52,784 nt of DNA, from the NCBI RefSeq assembly GCF_004010195.1, contig NC_057720.1:15271911-15324694 (forward strand). Reading direction: 5' to 3'. Below, piece after piece: positions 35,939 through 49,679 of the stretch. The stretch is from Chiloscyllium plagiosum. Taxonomy: Eukaryota. The position numbers and the translations under genes are program-made. The notes beneath the pieces are model-generated. The model saw only the letters and a list, made by a program, of their open reading frames with translations. It made no database searches and was not told where the DNA came from. Position 1 is the stretch's first letter. Every line of letters starts with the position of its first letter.

Positions 35939-36159
35939 AAATCTATCTCAACCAGAGGCAGAAGTGGACCCCGCTATTAGCTACTCAGTGTTAGATGGAA
36001 CGTGCAGGGTGCAGATACTTGTTGTTAGACCCTTGCCACATGTTTGATGTAGCCTCAGAGAATGAGTGGCATGGAAGCAATAAGACGTACTGTCCTAAAA
36101 CATGGACATACGTGTTGGCATTTGGCAAAGACGTAAATAGTTGCCAAAATGCTGTGCAT

Positions 36160-36512
36160 TCGTAGGAACACAGGGAGAGGACTAGGCCATTTAGGTCATC
36201 GGGTCTGCCTTTCCATTCAACATGGTCATAATTGATTGAACACTTTTACTCACCCCATCCCCTTGACACTGTACACCATTGGTAATCAAAAATGTATCAG
36301 TCTCTACCTCAAACTGTACACAAAGACTGAGCCTCCACAACCCTCTGGGGCAGAGAATTTTGACAGATTCACAACCCACTGAGTAAAATAATTTCTCCTC
36401 ATCTTGGTCTTAAGAGACATTCCCTTATTTTAAATTTTGCACCCTGGTTATAGACTCCCCAGTCACAGGAATCATCTTACCTGTATCTATCCTATTTATC
36501 CCTTTCAATGTT
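36160..36512 (-). mobile_element. Degraded CR1 3' fragment
   Basis: Reverse-strand CR1 3' end remnants. Confidence 0.65.
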
Positions 36513-36519
36513 CTGAAAG

Positions 36520-37033
36520 TTTGAATTGAATTGAATAGAATTTATTGTCACATGTACTGAGGCACGGTGAAAAGCTCTGTCTTGTGAGCAATACAGGCAG
36601 ATCACAGAGTTAAGTAGCTTAGATAAGTAAATAATAGGTAAACAGCGGCAAAAACAAAAACACAGGTACGGGTGAATGTTAACTGTTTGTGAGTCCATTC
36701 AGTATTCTAACAACAGTAGGGTAAAAACTGTTTCAAAACTGGCTGGTGCACGTGTTCAGGCTTTTGTACCTTCTCCCTGATGGTAGAGGTTGTAGAAAAA
36801 CATTGCCAGGTTGGGATGGATCTTTGAAAATGCTGGCGGCCTTTTCTTGACAGCGGGCCTGGTAGATGGATTCTGTAGATGGGAGCCTTTGTGATTGTCC
36901 GGGCTGAGTTCACCGCTCTCTGTAACCATCTCCGATCTTGAACGGTACAGTTGCCATACCAGGTAGTGATACATCTAGCCAGAATACTCTCGATGGCACA
37001 CCTATAAAGGTTGGCAAGGGTATTTGCCATCAT
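36520..37033 (-). mobile_element. Rex1/Babar-like LINE 3' fragment
   Basis: TLANLYRCAIESILARCITTWYGNC..LQRAVNSARTI; (AATTC)n tail at ~36521-36540. Confidence 0.75.
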
Positions 37034-37305
37034 ACTCTTGCTGTGCTTTTCCAGCACCATACTCTTGATACTGATCTCCAGCATCTGCAGCCTTCACTTT
37101 CTATTGGCATACTTTGAGGAAAGATCAGGTTAATTTTTAAGAAATTTCTGAGGCAAACTTTCCTGACACCAGCGAATCTTTCTCCTCACCTCTTCCCAGG
37201 ATCAAGCCAGTGGTAAGGATGAATTCAGCATCCATTTACCTAATGAGTAGATAATTGATTTCAAGGGCATTGAGTTGAGGGATAAATATTTGGTCAAAAT
37301 ATAAA

Positions 37306-37590
37306 GGTTCTTGTGGTGCAGTAATAGTAAACATACCTCTAATCTAGAAAACCCATCTTCAAGTCCCACCTGTGTCAGAGGTCTGTGTTATGGTGTCTCT
37401 GAACAGAAAATATCTACATGGTGATTCTTAGAATTAACAGTTCACTGCTTCATAAAAGGAAATATTTTACCAGAACATCACGGGTCTTGTGGTACAGTGA
37501 TAAGGTCCCTGAACCAGGCAGCCTGGGTTCAAGACCCACCTGGTCCAGAGGTGTGTAAGAACATTTCTGAACGGGGTGATAAAATATTTT
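37306..37590 (+). mobile_element. Two neighbouring short tRNA-like SINE copies (~37306-37410, ~37482-37590)
   Basis: Both read TCTTGTGGT.CAGT.ATA..TTCAAG.CCCACCTG..CAGAGGT.TGT..TCTGAAC. Confidence 0.6.
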
Positions 37591-38049
37591 GATCAGAATA
37601 TCAGGGACAAATCCACTGCTTTTATGATCTTCCACATCCATCTGGTTGGATAAATAGACCCAAAGTTCTCTCTGTAGCTATTCTCTCTAAATTGCACATT
37701 GCTGTCAAATCTCCTCCTCAACCTTTCTACAAACATATCTTGTTCAACCTATCCATGTTACTGAAGTCCTTTATCCATGAACTTTTTTAATGTACTCAAT
37801 TGCTCCCTTACTTACATCTTTTAATCTAATTTCCCAATCTATATTAGCTAACCCATCCCTCTTGTACCATAAATGGCAACTTTTAAACTTTTCACTGTGC
37901 TTATGAATATTTGACAAAAAGCTAATTCTAATTTGTTTACCTACCATCTAGACTTTACTTAAGTTCAATACTCTGAGCGATGTGCATTAATCTAAGCCTA
38001 AAGTGAAATTTTATCACTCTTTCCTAAAAGGCATGTTGCCATAAGGTTT

Positions 38050-38540
38050 CTAGAATCATCGAGATAAAGCATGGAAACAGACCCTTTGTTCCAACTTGTC
38101 CATGCCGACCAGATATCCTAAATTAATCTAATCCCATTTGCCAGCGTTTGACCCAGATCCCTCTAAACCCTTCCTATTCATATACGCATCCACATACCTT
38201 TTAAATGTTGCAATTGTACCAGCCTCCACCACTTCCTCCGAAAGCTCATTCCATACACGTGCCACCCTCTGCGTGAAAAGGTTGCCCTTTTAAGCCTTTC
38301 TCCTCTCATCCTAAACCTATGCCTTCTGGCCCTACGGAAAAGAGCTTGTCTATTCACCCTATCCATTCCCCACATGATTTTTTAAAACCTCTATAAAGTC
38401 ACCCCCTCAGCCTCCGATGCTCCAGGGAAAATAGCCCCAGTCTTTTCAATCTCTCCCTTTTAATTCAAACACTCCAATTCTGGCAACATCCTTGTGAATC
38501 TTTTCTGAACCCTTTTCAAGTTTCACAACATCCTTCCTCA
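38050..38540 (-). mobile_element. CR1 3' fragment
   Basis: Reverse complement of the HER1-like 3' end. Confidence 0.88.
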
Positions 38541-39148
38541 TAAAACAAATGATAGAATATTCTCTTCCCCTGTTAATTCTGGAAAATATTATTCCAGGAA
38601 ACTGATTTGCTTCATGATCAGCTAATTAACTTTAATCAATTGTCATATTGACCCCAGTGAACTCAGTTTCATAGGTAAAACATCATCCTGTATTTAATAT
38701 CCCACGAAGGTTAGCAGATAAATTTAATACCAATCCACTTAAGAAACTGTAAGGATAGGTAAAGAAGTGTTTGCTCAAAGAGATAGCTTTTCAGGAGATT
38801 GAGAATACATGAGAGGTTAGAATTAGAGGAATACCAACATCTCAGAGGGTGATAGTACTATAAGCAAGTTGTGAACTATAGAAGGGTGAGGAGGGATGTA
38901 AACACTGGAACAAGACTGGAATTAATTTATCTAAGGTGGTATTTACCTTCTTGTTATAACTGGCATTTGTCATCAATATTTTCACAAAGTAAATCTTCAG
39001 GAACGTACAGGACATCTTGAGGATAAAGTCGAACATGCCAATAGTGATTTGAAAGGGGATTGGGAAAGATGATCTATCATCATGTGGAATGATTTGTAAT
39101 CCGCTTTCTGAAGTGCAGCTAAAAATAATATTCCTTATTTTGAAAGGG

Positions 39149-40693
39149 TAGAGTCATAGAGATGTACAGCATGGAAACAGACCCTTCGGTCCAACCCGTC
39201 CATGCCGACCAGATATCCTAACCCAATCTAGTCCCACCTGCCAGCACCCAGCACATATCCCTCCAAACCCTTCCTATTCATATACCCATCCAAATGCCTC
39301 TTNNNNNNNNNNNNNNNNNNNNNNNNNNNNNNNNNNNNNNNNNNNNNNNNNNNNNNNNNNNNNNNNNNNNNNNNNNNNNNNNNNNNNNNNNNNNNNNNNN
39401 NNNNNNNNNNNNNNNNNNNNNNNNNNNNNNNNNNNNNNNNNNNNNNNNNNNNNNNNNNNNNNNNNNNNNNNNNNNNNNNNNNNNNNNNNNNNNNNNNNNN
39501 NNNNNNNNNNNNNNNNNNNNNNNNNNNNNNNNNNNNNNNNNNNNNNNNNNNNNNNNNNNNNNNNNNNNNNNNNNNNNNNNNNNNNNNNNNNNNNNNNNNN
39601 NNNNNNNNNNNNNNNNNNNNNNNNNNNNNNNNNNNNNNNNNNNNNNNNNNNNNNNNNNNNNNNNNNNNNNNNNNNNNNNNNNNNNNNNNNNNNNNNNNNN
39701 NNNNNNNNNNNNNNNNNNNNNNNNNNNNNNNNNNNNNNNNNNNNNNNNNNNNNNNNNNNNNNNNNNNNNNNNNNNNNNNNNNNNNNNNNNNNNNNNNNNN
39801 NNNNNNNNNNNNNNNNNNNNNNNNNNNNNNNNNNNNNNNNNNNNNNNNNNNNNNNNNNNNNNNNNNNNNNNNNNNNNNNNNNNNNNNNNNNNNNNNNNNN
39901 NNNNNNNNNNNNNNNNNNNNNNNNNNNNNNNNNNNNNNNNNNNNNNNNNNNNNNNNNNNNNNNNNNNNNNNNNNNNNNNNNNNNNNNNNNNNNNNNNNNN
40001 NNNNNNNNNNNNNNNNNNNNNNNNNNNNNNNNNNNNNNNNNNNNNNNNNNNNNNNNNNNNNNNNNNNNNNNNNNNNNNNNNNNNNNNNNNNNNNNNCAAT
40101 CAAGTTTGTGAGACATGATTTCCCATGCACAAAGCCATGTTGACTATCCCTAATCAGTCCTTGCCTTTCCAAATACATGTACATCCTGTCCCTCAGGATT
40201 CCCTCCAACAACTTGCCCACCACCGAGATCAGGCTCACCTGTCCATAGTTCCCTGGCTTGTCTTTACCATCCTTCTTAAACAGTGGCACCACGTTTGCCA
40301 ACCTCCAGTCTTCCGGCACCTCACCTGTGACTATCGATGATACAAATATCTCAGCAAGAGGCCCAGCAATCACTTCTCTAGCTTCCCACAGAGTTCTCGG
40401 GTACACCTGATCAGATCCTGTGGATTTATCCACCTTTACCCGTTTCAAGACATCCAACACTTCCTCCTCTGTAATCTGGACATTTTGCAATGTTACCATC
40501 TATTTCCCTACAGTCTATATCTTCCATATCCTTTTCCACAGTAAATACTGATGCAAAATATTCATTTATATCTCCCCCATTTTCTGTGTCTCCACACAAA
40601 GGCCGCCTTGCTGATCTTTGAGGGGCCCTATTCTCTCCCTAGTTACCCTTTTGTCCTTAATATATTTGTAAAAACCTTTTGGATTCTCCTTAA
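39149..40693 (-). mobile_element. CR1 (HER1-like), 5'-truncated, contains N-gap
   Basis: KENPKGFYKYIKDKR, VPEDWRLANVVPLFKK, SQHGF; 3' UTR at 39149-39302. Confidence 0.93.
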
Positions 40694-40959
40694 AACATTT
40701 AAGAAATTTAGATTGATGTTCCAGTTTGGTATGAATGAACAATAGCAATTTGAGAAGCAAAATGGCCTTAAACACTTAGTTAAGTATACTGAAATGGTTG
40801 GTGGGTAGCTAATCTGTACACGTGGTCTTCCAAATGAAACCATTCTGACCGAATTGGGAAAATGCATTAAAACTATTCCTTACATTTATATTCTTCCTTC
40901 CCAATGTATTTCCACCTTTTCTTCCTTTTGGATTTAGTAAACGTATGAACTACACATAT

Positions 40960-41610
40960 ACATGAAACTAAGAGCAAGAGCAGGCAACATTTCCACCTGC
41001 TTCAATGTCCTCTCATCCCCTTGATTACCAAGAATCTATCCCCTTCTGCCTTAAAATATTCAGAATCCTCCACTGCCTTTTGAGGAAGAGCGTTCCAAAG
41101 ACTCAAAGCTGCACATTTACTTCATCTCTGTCTTCAATGGGTAACCCCTTCTTGTTAAACTGTGATCGTTAGCTCCAGATTCTACTGAAAGAGGAAACAT
41201 CCTTTCCACATCTACACTGCTGAGACCTTAAATGTTTCAAACTGCCCCTTACTCTTCTAAACTTCGATAGTTACAAGCTGAGCTTGTCCAACAATTAGGA
41301 AATATTATTTCATAATAACACAACCCATTTCAGGCAATAATCTAGGAAACCATCTCTGAATTGCTTTCAAAGCATTTAATTCCCTCAAATGTGGAAACCA
41401 ATTCTGGACACAGTACTCCAGTTGTGGTCTCATCAGTGGAGGGATAACCTTCCTACTTTCATTTCCAATTCCCCCCCACAATGAACAATTGAATTCTATT
41501 AGCATTTCATCATTATTTGCTGGACCTGTATATTAGCATTTTGCGACTCATGCCTGAGGACACCTGGATCTCCCTGCAGCTCAGTTTAGCAATCACTCAC
41601 CATTTAGATG
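40960..41610 (-). mobile_element. Degraded CR1 fragment
   Basis: LMRPQLEYCVQNWFP remnant. Confidence 0.7.
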
Positions 41611-41744
41611 GACAATAAATGCTGGCCCAGCGAGTGGTGCCCACAACCCATCAGGGAATAACAAAAGTTAATAGGCTTCACTAGCCATCTGCTAAAATGA
41701 ACAATTTCACATTATAGTCTCGAGTTTCTTCATGGAACCTCTAC

Positions 41745-42035
41745 ATTGAGGAATCAGGCCATTTGGCCTATTGAGTTCACACTGACCCTCCCACCCCCTA
41801 TTCTTTTTATCCCTGCATTTCCCATGGCTAACCCATCTAGCTTGCACATCCCTGGACAATTAAGCATAACCAATCCATCTAACCTGCACATCTTTAGATG
41901 GTGGGAGGAAATCAGAGTAAACCCACAAAGATACAGGGAGAATGTACAAACTCCACACAGTCGCCTGAGGCTGGAATCAAACCTGGGTCCCAGTGCTGGG
42001 AGGCAGCAGTGCTAACCACTGAGCCACTATGGCAC
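41745..42035 (-). mobile_element. HE1-like V-SINE
   Basis: Reverse complement of head (GGCAGCAGTGCTAACCACTGAGCCAC) and V-domain. Confidence 0.85.
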
Positions 42036-44454
42036 CTAAGAGGGGCATAAAAGAAATTTGACAGACCTTTGTCCATCTACCTATATTTCTTTATAGTCTC
42101 CTCGCATCCTCTCCACAGTTCCTATCCTCCCTATTTTCTGTTTGTCAGCAACTTTAGCAATCATGTCTTCGTCCCTTCATCCAAGTCATTTTTGTAAACT
42201 GCAAAAAGTTGTGTTTCAGCACTGACCCTTGTGGCACACGATTCATTACATTTTGACTCCGGAAAAAGAGAATTTATGCCGACACAGTACCCTGTTACTT
42301 TCCCGCTCCTCACTCCACACAAATATATTATTCCCTACACCATGAGCCTTCACTTTCCATTGTTACCTTCTGCAGTTCTAAATGGAGTACTGTACATGCT
42401 ACGTTTTGAAAGAACTCCAATAAACTTGCTTAAATATGATTTCCCTTACGTACAAACAGGTTGGCTATGTCTGATTCCCTTCAATTTTTCTAACATTTTC
42501 CCTTTGTCAGATTTTAAGCTAACTGGCTGTCACCTGCTTTCTGTCACCATTTTTTTTCAGTGAAGGAGTTACATTTGCTACCATGTCGAGCAATTCCCAA
42601 ATTTAAAGTCATCAGTGGCAATGGCCAGAGTGAAAAAACATGTGTCATGCAAACAAATTTAAAATCTTCTCTTTTGTAACTTAAACCTGAGAAATGTAAA
42701 GTAAAACCACAAGACAATAGTGTTGAACTAAATATTCAGATTTTTTTGTTTGGTGATTACTTGAATTTCGCTCTTCTGGTTTTAGCATCATCCAAGCCCT
42801 AAAATTAAATTGTGAATTTAATGCACTTAAACAATTGTGCAGGTAGATTTCTATTATAATATAACATAAAGAGCATTATTGTAACAGCAAGGTATTAAAT
42901 ATAAAATCCAATATGTAATCGTGCCTGCAATTGAGGGTCTCTGCAAAAAGGAATACATTTCATTATACAGCAGACTTTTAAGTACATGATGTCTATTTAA
43001 GGTCGATTTTTCAGTAACTGGCAGGGGATATTATCTTGACTGTATGCACAGGTAATTATGGAAGGTAGCTCTGCTGTCCTGTTTATTTGTTTCTTCAGTA
43101 GCAATTGCTGATCCCTGTACAAGCTGAGTAGCAACCCTTTCTTTCATTCGTGGGACATGGACAATGCTGGCTGGGCCAGCATTTATTGCCCTTCCTTAGA
43201 TGTTCTTGAGGAGGTGGTGATGAGCTGCCTCCTTGAATCACTGGAGTCCATGTGCTGCAGGTAAACCCACAAATTTGCTGAGGAAGGAATTCCAGGATTT
43301 TGACCCAGGGACAGGAAAGGAATGGTGATGTATTTCCACTGTTTCGGAGAGTGAGTATTTTGGAGAGGAACTTGCAGGTGGTGGTATTCCAGCCACAGTG
43401 TCCTTCTAGACGGAAGTGGTCGTGGGTTTGGAAGGTGCTGTGTGAGTATCTTTAGTGAATACCTGCAGTGCATCTTGTAGATGGTATAACCTGCTGCTAC
43501 TGAGCCCCAGTAGCCAAGGGAGTGGATGCTGTGGATGCGGTGCCAGTCAAGCGGGCTGCTTTGTTCTGGGTGTTTTCAAGCTTCTTGAGTGCTGTTGGCA
43601 CTCGTCCAGGTGAGTGGAACGTGTTCCATCACACTCCTAATTTGTGCCTAGCAGATGGTAGACTGGCTTTGTCGAATGAGAAGGTGAGTTACTCGTTGCA
43701 GTATTCCTTGCCTCTGACCTGCTCTTGTAGCCATTATATTTATGGTGAATCCAGTAGAGTTTCTTGTCAATGGTAACCCCCAGGCTGATGTTAGTGGCAA
43801 ATTCAGTGATGGTAATGCCATTGAATGTCTTGAAACAGTGGTTAGATTGTCTCTTAATGTAATGGTTGTTTGACTGGTATTTATTATGTGGCGTGAATGT
43901 TATTTTCCATTTGTCAGCTCAAGCTTGGATATCATCCAGGCCTTGTTACGTTTGAACATGGACTGCTCCAGTGTCTGAGGAATTGCAAATGGTGCTGAAC
44001 ATTGTGTGATCATCATCAAACTTCCACACTTTTGATGGAAGGAAGATGTTTAAGTTTGGGACATTACTCTGAGGAACTCCTGCAGGGACATCCTGAAGCT
44101 GAGATGATGGACCTCCTACAACTGCACCACCATCTTCCTGTGTGCCAGCTATGATTCCAACCAATAGAGATTTGTTGGAATCCCATTGATTCCAGTTTTG
44201 CTGGGGCTCCTTTATGCCACACTCAGTTGAATATGACCTTGACACCAAGGGCTGTCACTCTTACCTCATCTGGAATTCAATTCTTTCATCCATGTTTGAA
44301 TCAAAGCTGCAATGTGGTCAGGAGCTGAGTAGCCCTGGCAGACACTAAACTGGGCATCACTGAGCAGGTTGCTGCTAAGTGTATGCTGCTTCACAGCATT
44401 GTTGATGAGACTTTCTGTTCATACTGAGACTGAAAATAAGGCAGTAACTGGTTG

Positions 44455-44588
44455 GGAGAAAGTCAGGACTGCAGATGATGGAGATCAGAGCCAAAAAGTG
44501 TGGCGCTGGAAAAGGACAGCCGGTCAGGCAGCATCTGAGGAGCAGAAGAGTCGATGTTTTGAGCATAAGCTCTTCATCAGGAGTGTGG
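44455..44588 (-). mobile_element. Penelope terminal-repeat insertion with hammerhead motif (~44548-44584)
   Basis: Minus strand CTC-CTGATGA-A-GAGC-ttat-GCTC-AAAA-CATC-GAC followed by CAGATGCTGCCTGACC.. Confidence 0.75.
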
Positions 44589-44616
44589 GGTTGAATCTGT
44601 CCTACTTTTTGTGTAT

Positions 44617-44744
44617 AGAGTTAAAAATCACACAACACCAGGTTCTTGTACAATGGAAGCTTCCAAATAAACCTGTTGGACTATAACCTGGTGTTGTGTG
44701 ACTTTTAACTTTGTCCACCCCAGTCCAGCACCGGCTCCTCCATA
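44617..44744. mobile_element. Fold-back mini-element of the second Penelope terminal-repeat family
   Basis: Inverted arms 44619-44644 / 44685-44710; flanks TTTTGTGTAT / TTTTGGGTAT. Confidence 0.7.
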
Positions 44745-46189
44745 TTTTGGGTATCGGACATACTTGGGCAATTTTTGACATTGTTGGGTAGATGCCAATT
44801 TTATAAATGCACTGGAACAACTTGGCTAGATGTGTGGCAAGTTTGTGGAGGTCAGGTCTTCAGCATAAACAATCAATTGATAATGCATTAGGATTCTTAA
44901 TTGAATAAAATGTTGAACTCTTGTGAGTGATTATGGAACTGCGTCCCTTACGACCCGATTTTAATGTTTGAAAATTGATGTGATTCCAGATTGAGAGCAG
45001 GGGCTGAGAGTTTTTTGAGCAAGAACCAATGGTTATGTGCACAACCATTTTGTAGTCCGAAGTGTTCTTGAGCTATGAATTTTACGCCTTCATTTTGTGC
45101 AGCTTCAGCACTAATCCCAGGAGTGTTTTACTTGAGAGTTTCCACTCAGCAGCCTCAGCGCTCAATCCTGTGTCGACCAAATCCTGGGCGATGTTCTCCA
45201 ATTCATTACGGTTCTAGAGGGAACACCGCAAACTGTTCAACACCCAGGTGAAGAGGACTGAACTGGACCCCCTTCTTATTCACACCCCCCGGGCTCAGCT
45301 ACTTGCAAAAACGTTCATTTAGAAAGGATCCCTTACCTTTTGGGATCTGTTCTCCCAGACGTATATTAACATGTGATTTCCAAGGGGCAATTTAACCAAA
45401 CTTTCTCGAATTAACAAAAAGAGTTTATTAATTAGTAAATGTGCAAAGAGATAGTAATACATCACACATGCACACAGATTAGAAATAATAGATGTATCCC
45501 AAAAAGTTAAGATTTAAAAAGAAACATGTATGAGTCAGTTTCCAAGTTGTTCACGAAGACCAGAGAAGTGGACATTTGAGACCACAGCAGTGGAGGTTTC
45601 CGATAGCATTGATTTAAATAGAAGAACAGTTTTGAGAGATTCTTCATTTTATAGGTTGCTCTTTATATCGCTTTATCCTGATTCCTTTTATTAACTGATT
45701 TGCAAAACTCAAGTCAGAGGGGCTGTTTACTTGAAAGCGTTGTTTAGATTGTTCTTATTTCTAGTTTCTGGAATCCATTTGTTAAGTGTTTGCAAGTTGG
45801 TGTCTGCTGGAGCTTGCACTGCTTGTTGCTCTGATGAATTGTTCTGAAGTAATCAGTGGGGAACTGGACAAACAGTTCTGTCCACCCCCAGCAGTTACTG
45901 TGATTGCTGCAGATGTGGCATCCTGCTTCCATCAGTATTTCCCACACCCTGTGCTCATAGTTTTAAATGGAGTTTCACTAACTTAATGACTTAATATGAC
46001 AGCTATTCTCCTATTCAGTTCATCCTGACCCCTTCAGTCTTGGGTGACTTCTGCAAATAGTATTGAGGTGCTAACAAGCATTTAAAACAAAATAATTAAT
46101 TCATATCCTAAAATCTACATTTTCAACATGTATTATGTAAATGCACCATCACCTCGTTTTGTATTGGTTATATCTGCATGCATCTTTGA

Positions 46190-46580
46190 AATAAAGGAAA
46201 ACTTGGATTTCATGTAGTGCCTTTCACGAACTGAGAATGTCCCAAAGTGCTTTATAGCTAACTATGTATTTATAAAGTGTAGTTACGTTAAAATATAGGA
46301 ACTATAACAGTCTATTTATACTCAGCAAGGTTCTAGTGATGGCATTAAGGTAAATGACGAGGTAATGTGATTTGTACATAGGGTGAGGGATAATGATTAG
46401 TCAGGAAAGCTGAGTTGCTCTTCAAAAGGCACAGAATCTTTTATGTCCATCTGAGAAAAAAAAGACCTTAATTTAACATCTCCATCAGCACTCATTTAAC
46501 ACAATATTGGAGTGGCAATTCTGTGCTTGTGTCCTTAAAGCGGGACTTTAACCCACGGTGTTTGGATTTTATCCTGACTG
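46190..46580 (-). mobile_element. Old Deu-SINE-like element
   Basis: GTGCCTTTCAC..GAATGTCCCAAAGTGCTTTATAGC. Confidence 0.5.
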
Positions 46581-46850
46581 ATATACAACAGGTATATTTC
46601 CATATCTGTTCCAATTTTACTTTGAGGCTAAAATGTTTGCTGGACTTTAGGAATTTATGAAAGATCTGTAAAACTTGAGTTTATTTTTGTTTGAATGCGG
46701 TCAGTTAGCTGTAACAGGTTGAAGGGAAATACTCTGTTGTGTATGTTTTTCACTTCTGCTTAATGTAGGAAATGATGCGAAGCATTACCTTAACAGATCT
46801 TCTTAACCCAACGAGTAAAGTTTTCTTTTTCTCATTGTGGATGAGTCAAC

Positions 46851-47264
46851 TGGGGCTATTTTCCACGGAGTGTCGGAGGCTGAGGGCTGACCTTATAGAG
46901 GTTTATAAAACCATGGAGGGGCATAGATAGGGTAAATAGATAAGGTCTTTTCCCTGAGTTGGGGGAGCCCAGAACTAGAGGGCATAGGTTTAGGGTGAGA
47001 GTGGAAAGATTTAAAAGTGACCTAAGGGGCAACATTTTCATGCAGAGGGTGGTGCGCGTATGGAATGAGCTGCCAGGGGAAGTGGTGGAGGCGGGTACAA
47101 TTACAACATTTAAAAGGCATCTGGATGGGTATATGGATAGGAATGGTTTAGAGGGATATGGACCAAATGCTGGCAAATGGGATTAGATTAATTTCGGATA
47201 TCTGGTTGGTATGGATGAGTTGGACTGCAGGGTCAGTTTCCGTGCTATATATCTCTATAAGTCT
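46851..47264 (+). mobile_element. CR1 3' fragment
   Basis: RTRGHRFRVR..VWNELPGEVVEAG. Confidence 0.92.
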
Positions 47265-49679
47265 ACACTAACTCATGTGATACAATCCCTCACTAAACAG
47301 ATAGAGGGTGCCATAACTATTATTCTTCAGCTAGAAATGACAAGCACTGAACACAGTAAGTGATCTCTGGTACATACATATAAGACAGTGCTTTACTGTG
47401 AATTTAATGAACAGTTATTACGACATTGTATACTACAAAATACATTTCTTGCGAGATATAAAGGCAAAAGGTTATGTGAGTAAAATTAAAGGTTACACAT
47501 TTTCTTAACTCAAACATAAATGGCAAGTACATTGTGAAGCAGTGTTTGAGAAGGTGATCGCTACGGCTTGTTCTTTCCTATACCCCCTAGTTTGAAATGG
47601 TAGCTGATCGCACTAGTAGTTATTCGTCCATATCAGAAACAGTGAAGAACTATTGAAAAATTAATCATCTATAACAGGTATTAACAAAGTTTTTATCTGC
47701 AGTTTGCAGATTCCAGCAGCTATAAGTTGTCTTCGTAGATCACTTCTAACATGGCAGAATGCCATTTAATTATGCCATAATCCAAATTGTTAGCAATTTA
47801 TGAAGCAATGCGTAGCTCCACGCCGTTAATTCCTGAGGTCCTGGGTGGAAGCACTTAATCAAAAATGAAAATACCATTTATTGCATAAACTTCGACGGTG
47901 TTCAAATAATTAATGGTGAACTTTAGAAGGTCAGACAGATTAGGACCATATTATCCTCTCAGTGTTGGTTTTAAGGACAACCTAGATCAAACTAGATAAA
48001 CAGATTGGAAAGGATGCAGTAAAACATGGCAATAATCACCCCATTCATTGTCGCTGCCGTTTCCTAGTTCTTTTCCCAGTTTAAAAATAGACACTTGGAA
48101 AGTCAAAAACAGGTTGTGACCGCTAAAGCCTTATTCTGGAAATGTTGTGAAAAATCTTGGGTGAGTTATACAAATGGTATCGAAAGCGGGCATGAATTTT
48201 CCCCTTGTGGTGCAGGTGCGGTAAGGGATGCTTCATGGAAATATAAAATTTGCAGAGCGCAAAGATTTCAGATGGACACAGTGGAGGTCTGAGTGCCTTT
48301 GTAATAGGCAGTAAGGAGAGGATTTATATCTAAAACTATTCATTCTGCCAAACATTTGAATTGAATATTTAATGTAGTTCTCTGTGAGTGATGCAGGCGT
48401 TTCAGATTGATCTCATGTTCTGTGGAAGAAGAAAGAACAAGTCCAGGATTCTTCACCCCACCCCCCGCCCTTGCCAATTGACTATTAATGATGGCAAGAT
48501 GGATTGAAATGAAGGCAAGTAAGTAACAGTGAAGCATTGACAACAGTGAATAATACCAAGCATGTTCACAGTTAGGCTTTTACAGCCATTGTCAGCTAGC
48601 TAGCTCAGTGCATGCAGAGTTTGCAGAGTCTGCTTAAGAAGCTGCACTAACTGATTATATTCAGAGAATTGAAGATATTCAGTTTGCTTTCCTTTGACAG
48701 AACTGTCACTATTTTTTGGCATATGAAAGACCATGGTACATATTAAAATTAGCATAACTTTATAGATGGTGGTTGGATGTCATGCTTGAATGAATGTGCT
48801 TTCCAAGCCTGTTTCTTTGCAACACTTTTGAATTGTGAACTTTTCCATCCCTTCTCGAGCTGGCTTATCCCTAAGTAGTTGGCACAGTTGGTGGAGAAAT
48901 TAGCTCTCAGCCACCCGGCCAGCCAGTATGGCATTTGTCAGAAAGTTGACCCTTAAGAATAATCTCCCCAGATTTCCCTGCACTGATACTTGGGGAACTG
49001 TTTGCTTGAAGCTTTGGAGCTGTTTACAGCTGTGGGACCTTGACATGCTGATACGGTGCCACCTGATAAGGGGACACCAACTTGAGTGTCAGCTGATCTT
49101 ATGCATCTTCACATTCCTCATTGTTGTTGGGTATAAGTTCACGTCAAAATCTTCCTGAACACAAGTCAGAGTTCAGGTGTGTTCAGGTCCCATTACTAGC
49201 AGTTTATGGTTTTTAAAAAAAATCTCATCTTCTCAGTCTATGGGAGCATAGTTTGCCCCTATCACAACTGATAATATCCAGATGAAGGATGGGGTGAAAG
49301 AGAGCTCTGTCTTAGCTCTCACATTTGTGTGTTATCCCTTCTGCATGTTTCTGACCTTAGTCTTCCTCACAATATATGGAAGGAGCTGACCTCCAAAACT
49401 CAGGCAGATGGCGATGTTTCTGACTGCGAACGAAGACCACAGGACAGCCGCCTTGATCATATTGATGATGTTTTGTCACCCACCTGAAAATTCAGCTGCC
49501 CAGACTCACAGAACTGACTGTCTCATGCCCTGTTTCCCCTGAATGTAAGAAAACCGTAGCCAGGGAACAGGAGGTCTTGAATACAATGGTCATCTTGAAA
49601 GCAGATCTCCTGGGTATGCGGTGTTTATCCAGCAGAGGTAGCTTAGACACTTTCTCAGATGGAAAACGGTCACAGAAAA

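Larger units (their letters stand above)
43140..44860 (-). mobile_element. CR1/L2-group LINE (same family as 5423-8492), decayed, with two nested Penelope terminal-repeat insertions
   Basis: AGVPQSNV, SKIAQVCPI remnants; 3' end CCAGCATTTATTGCCC. Confidence 0.82.
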
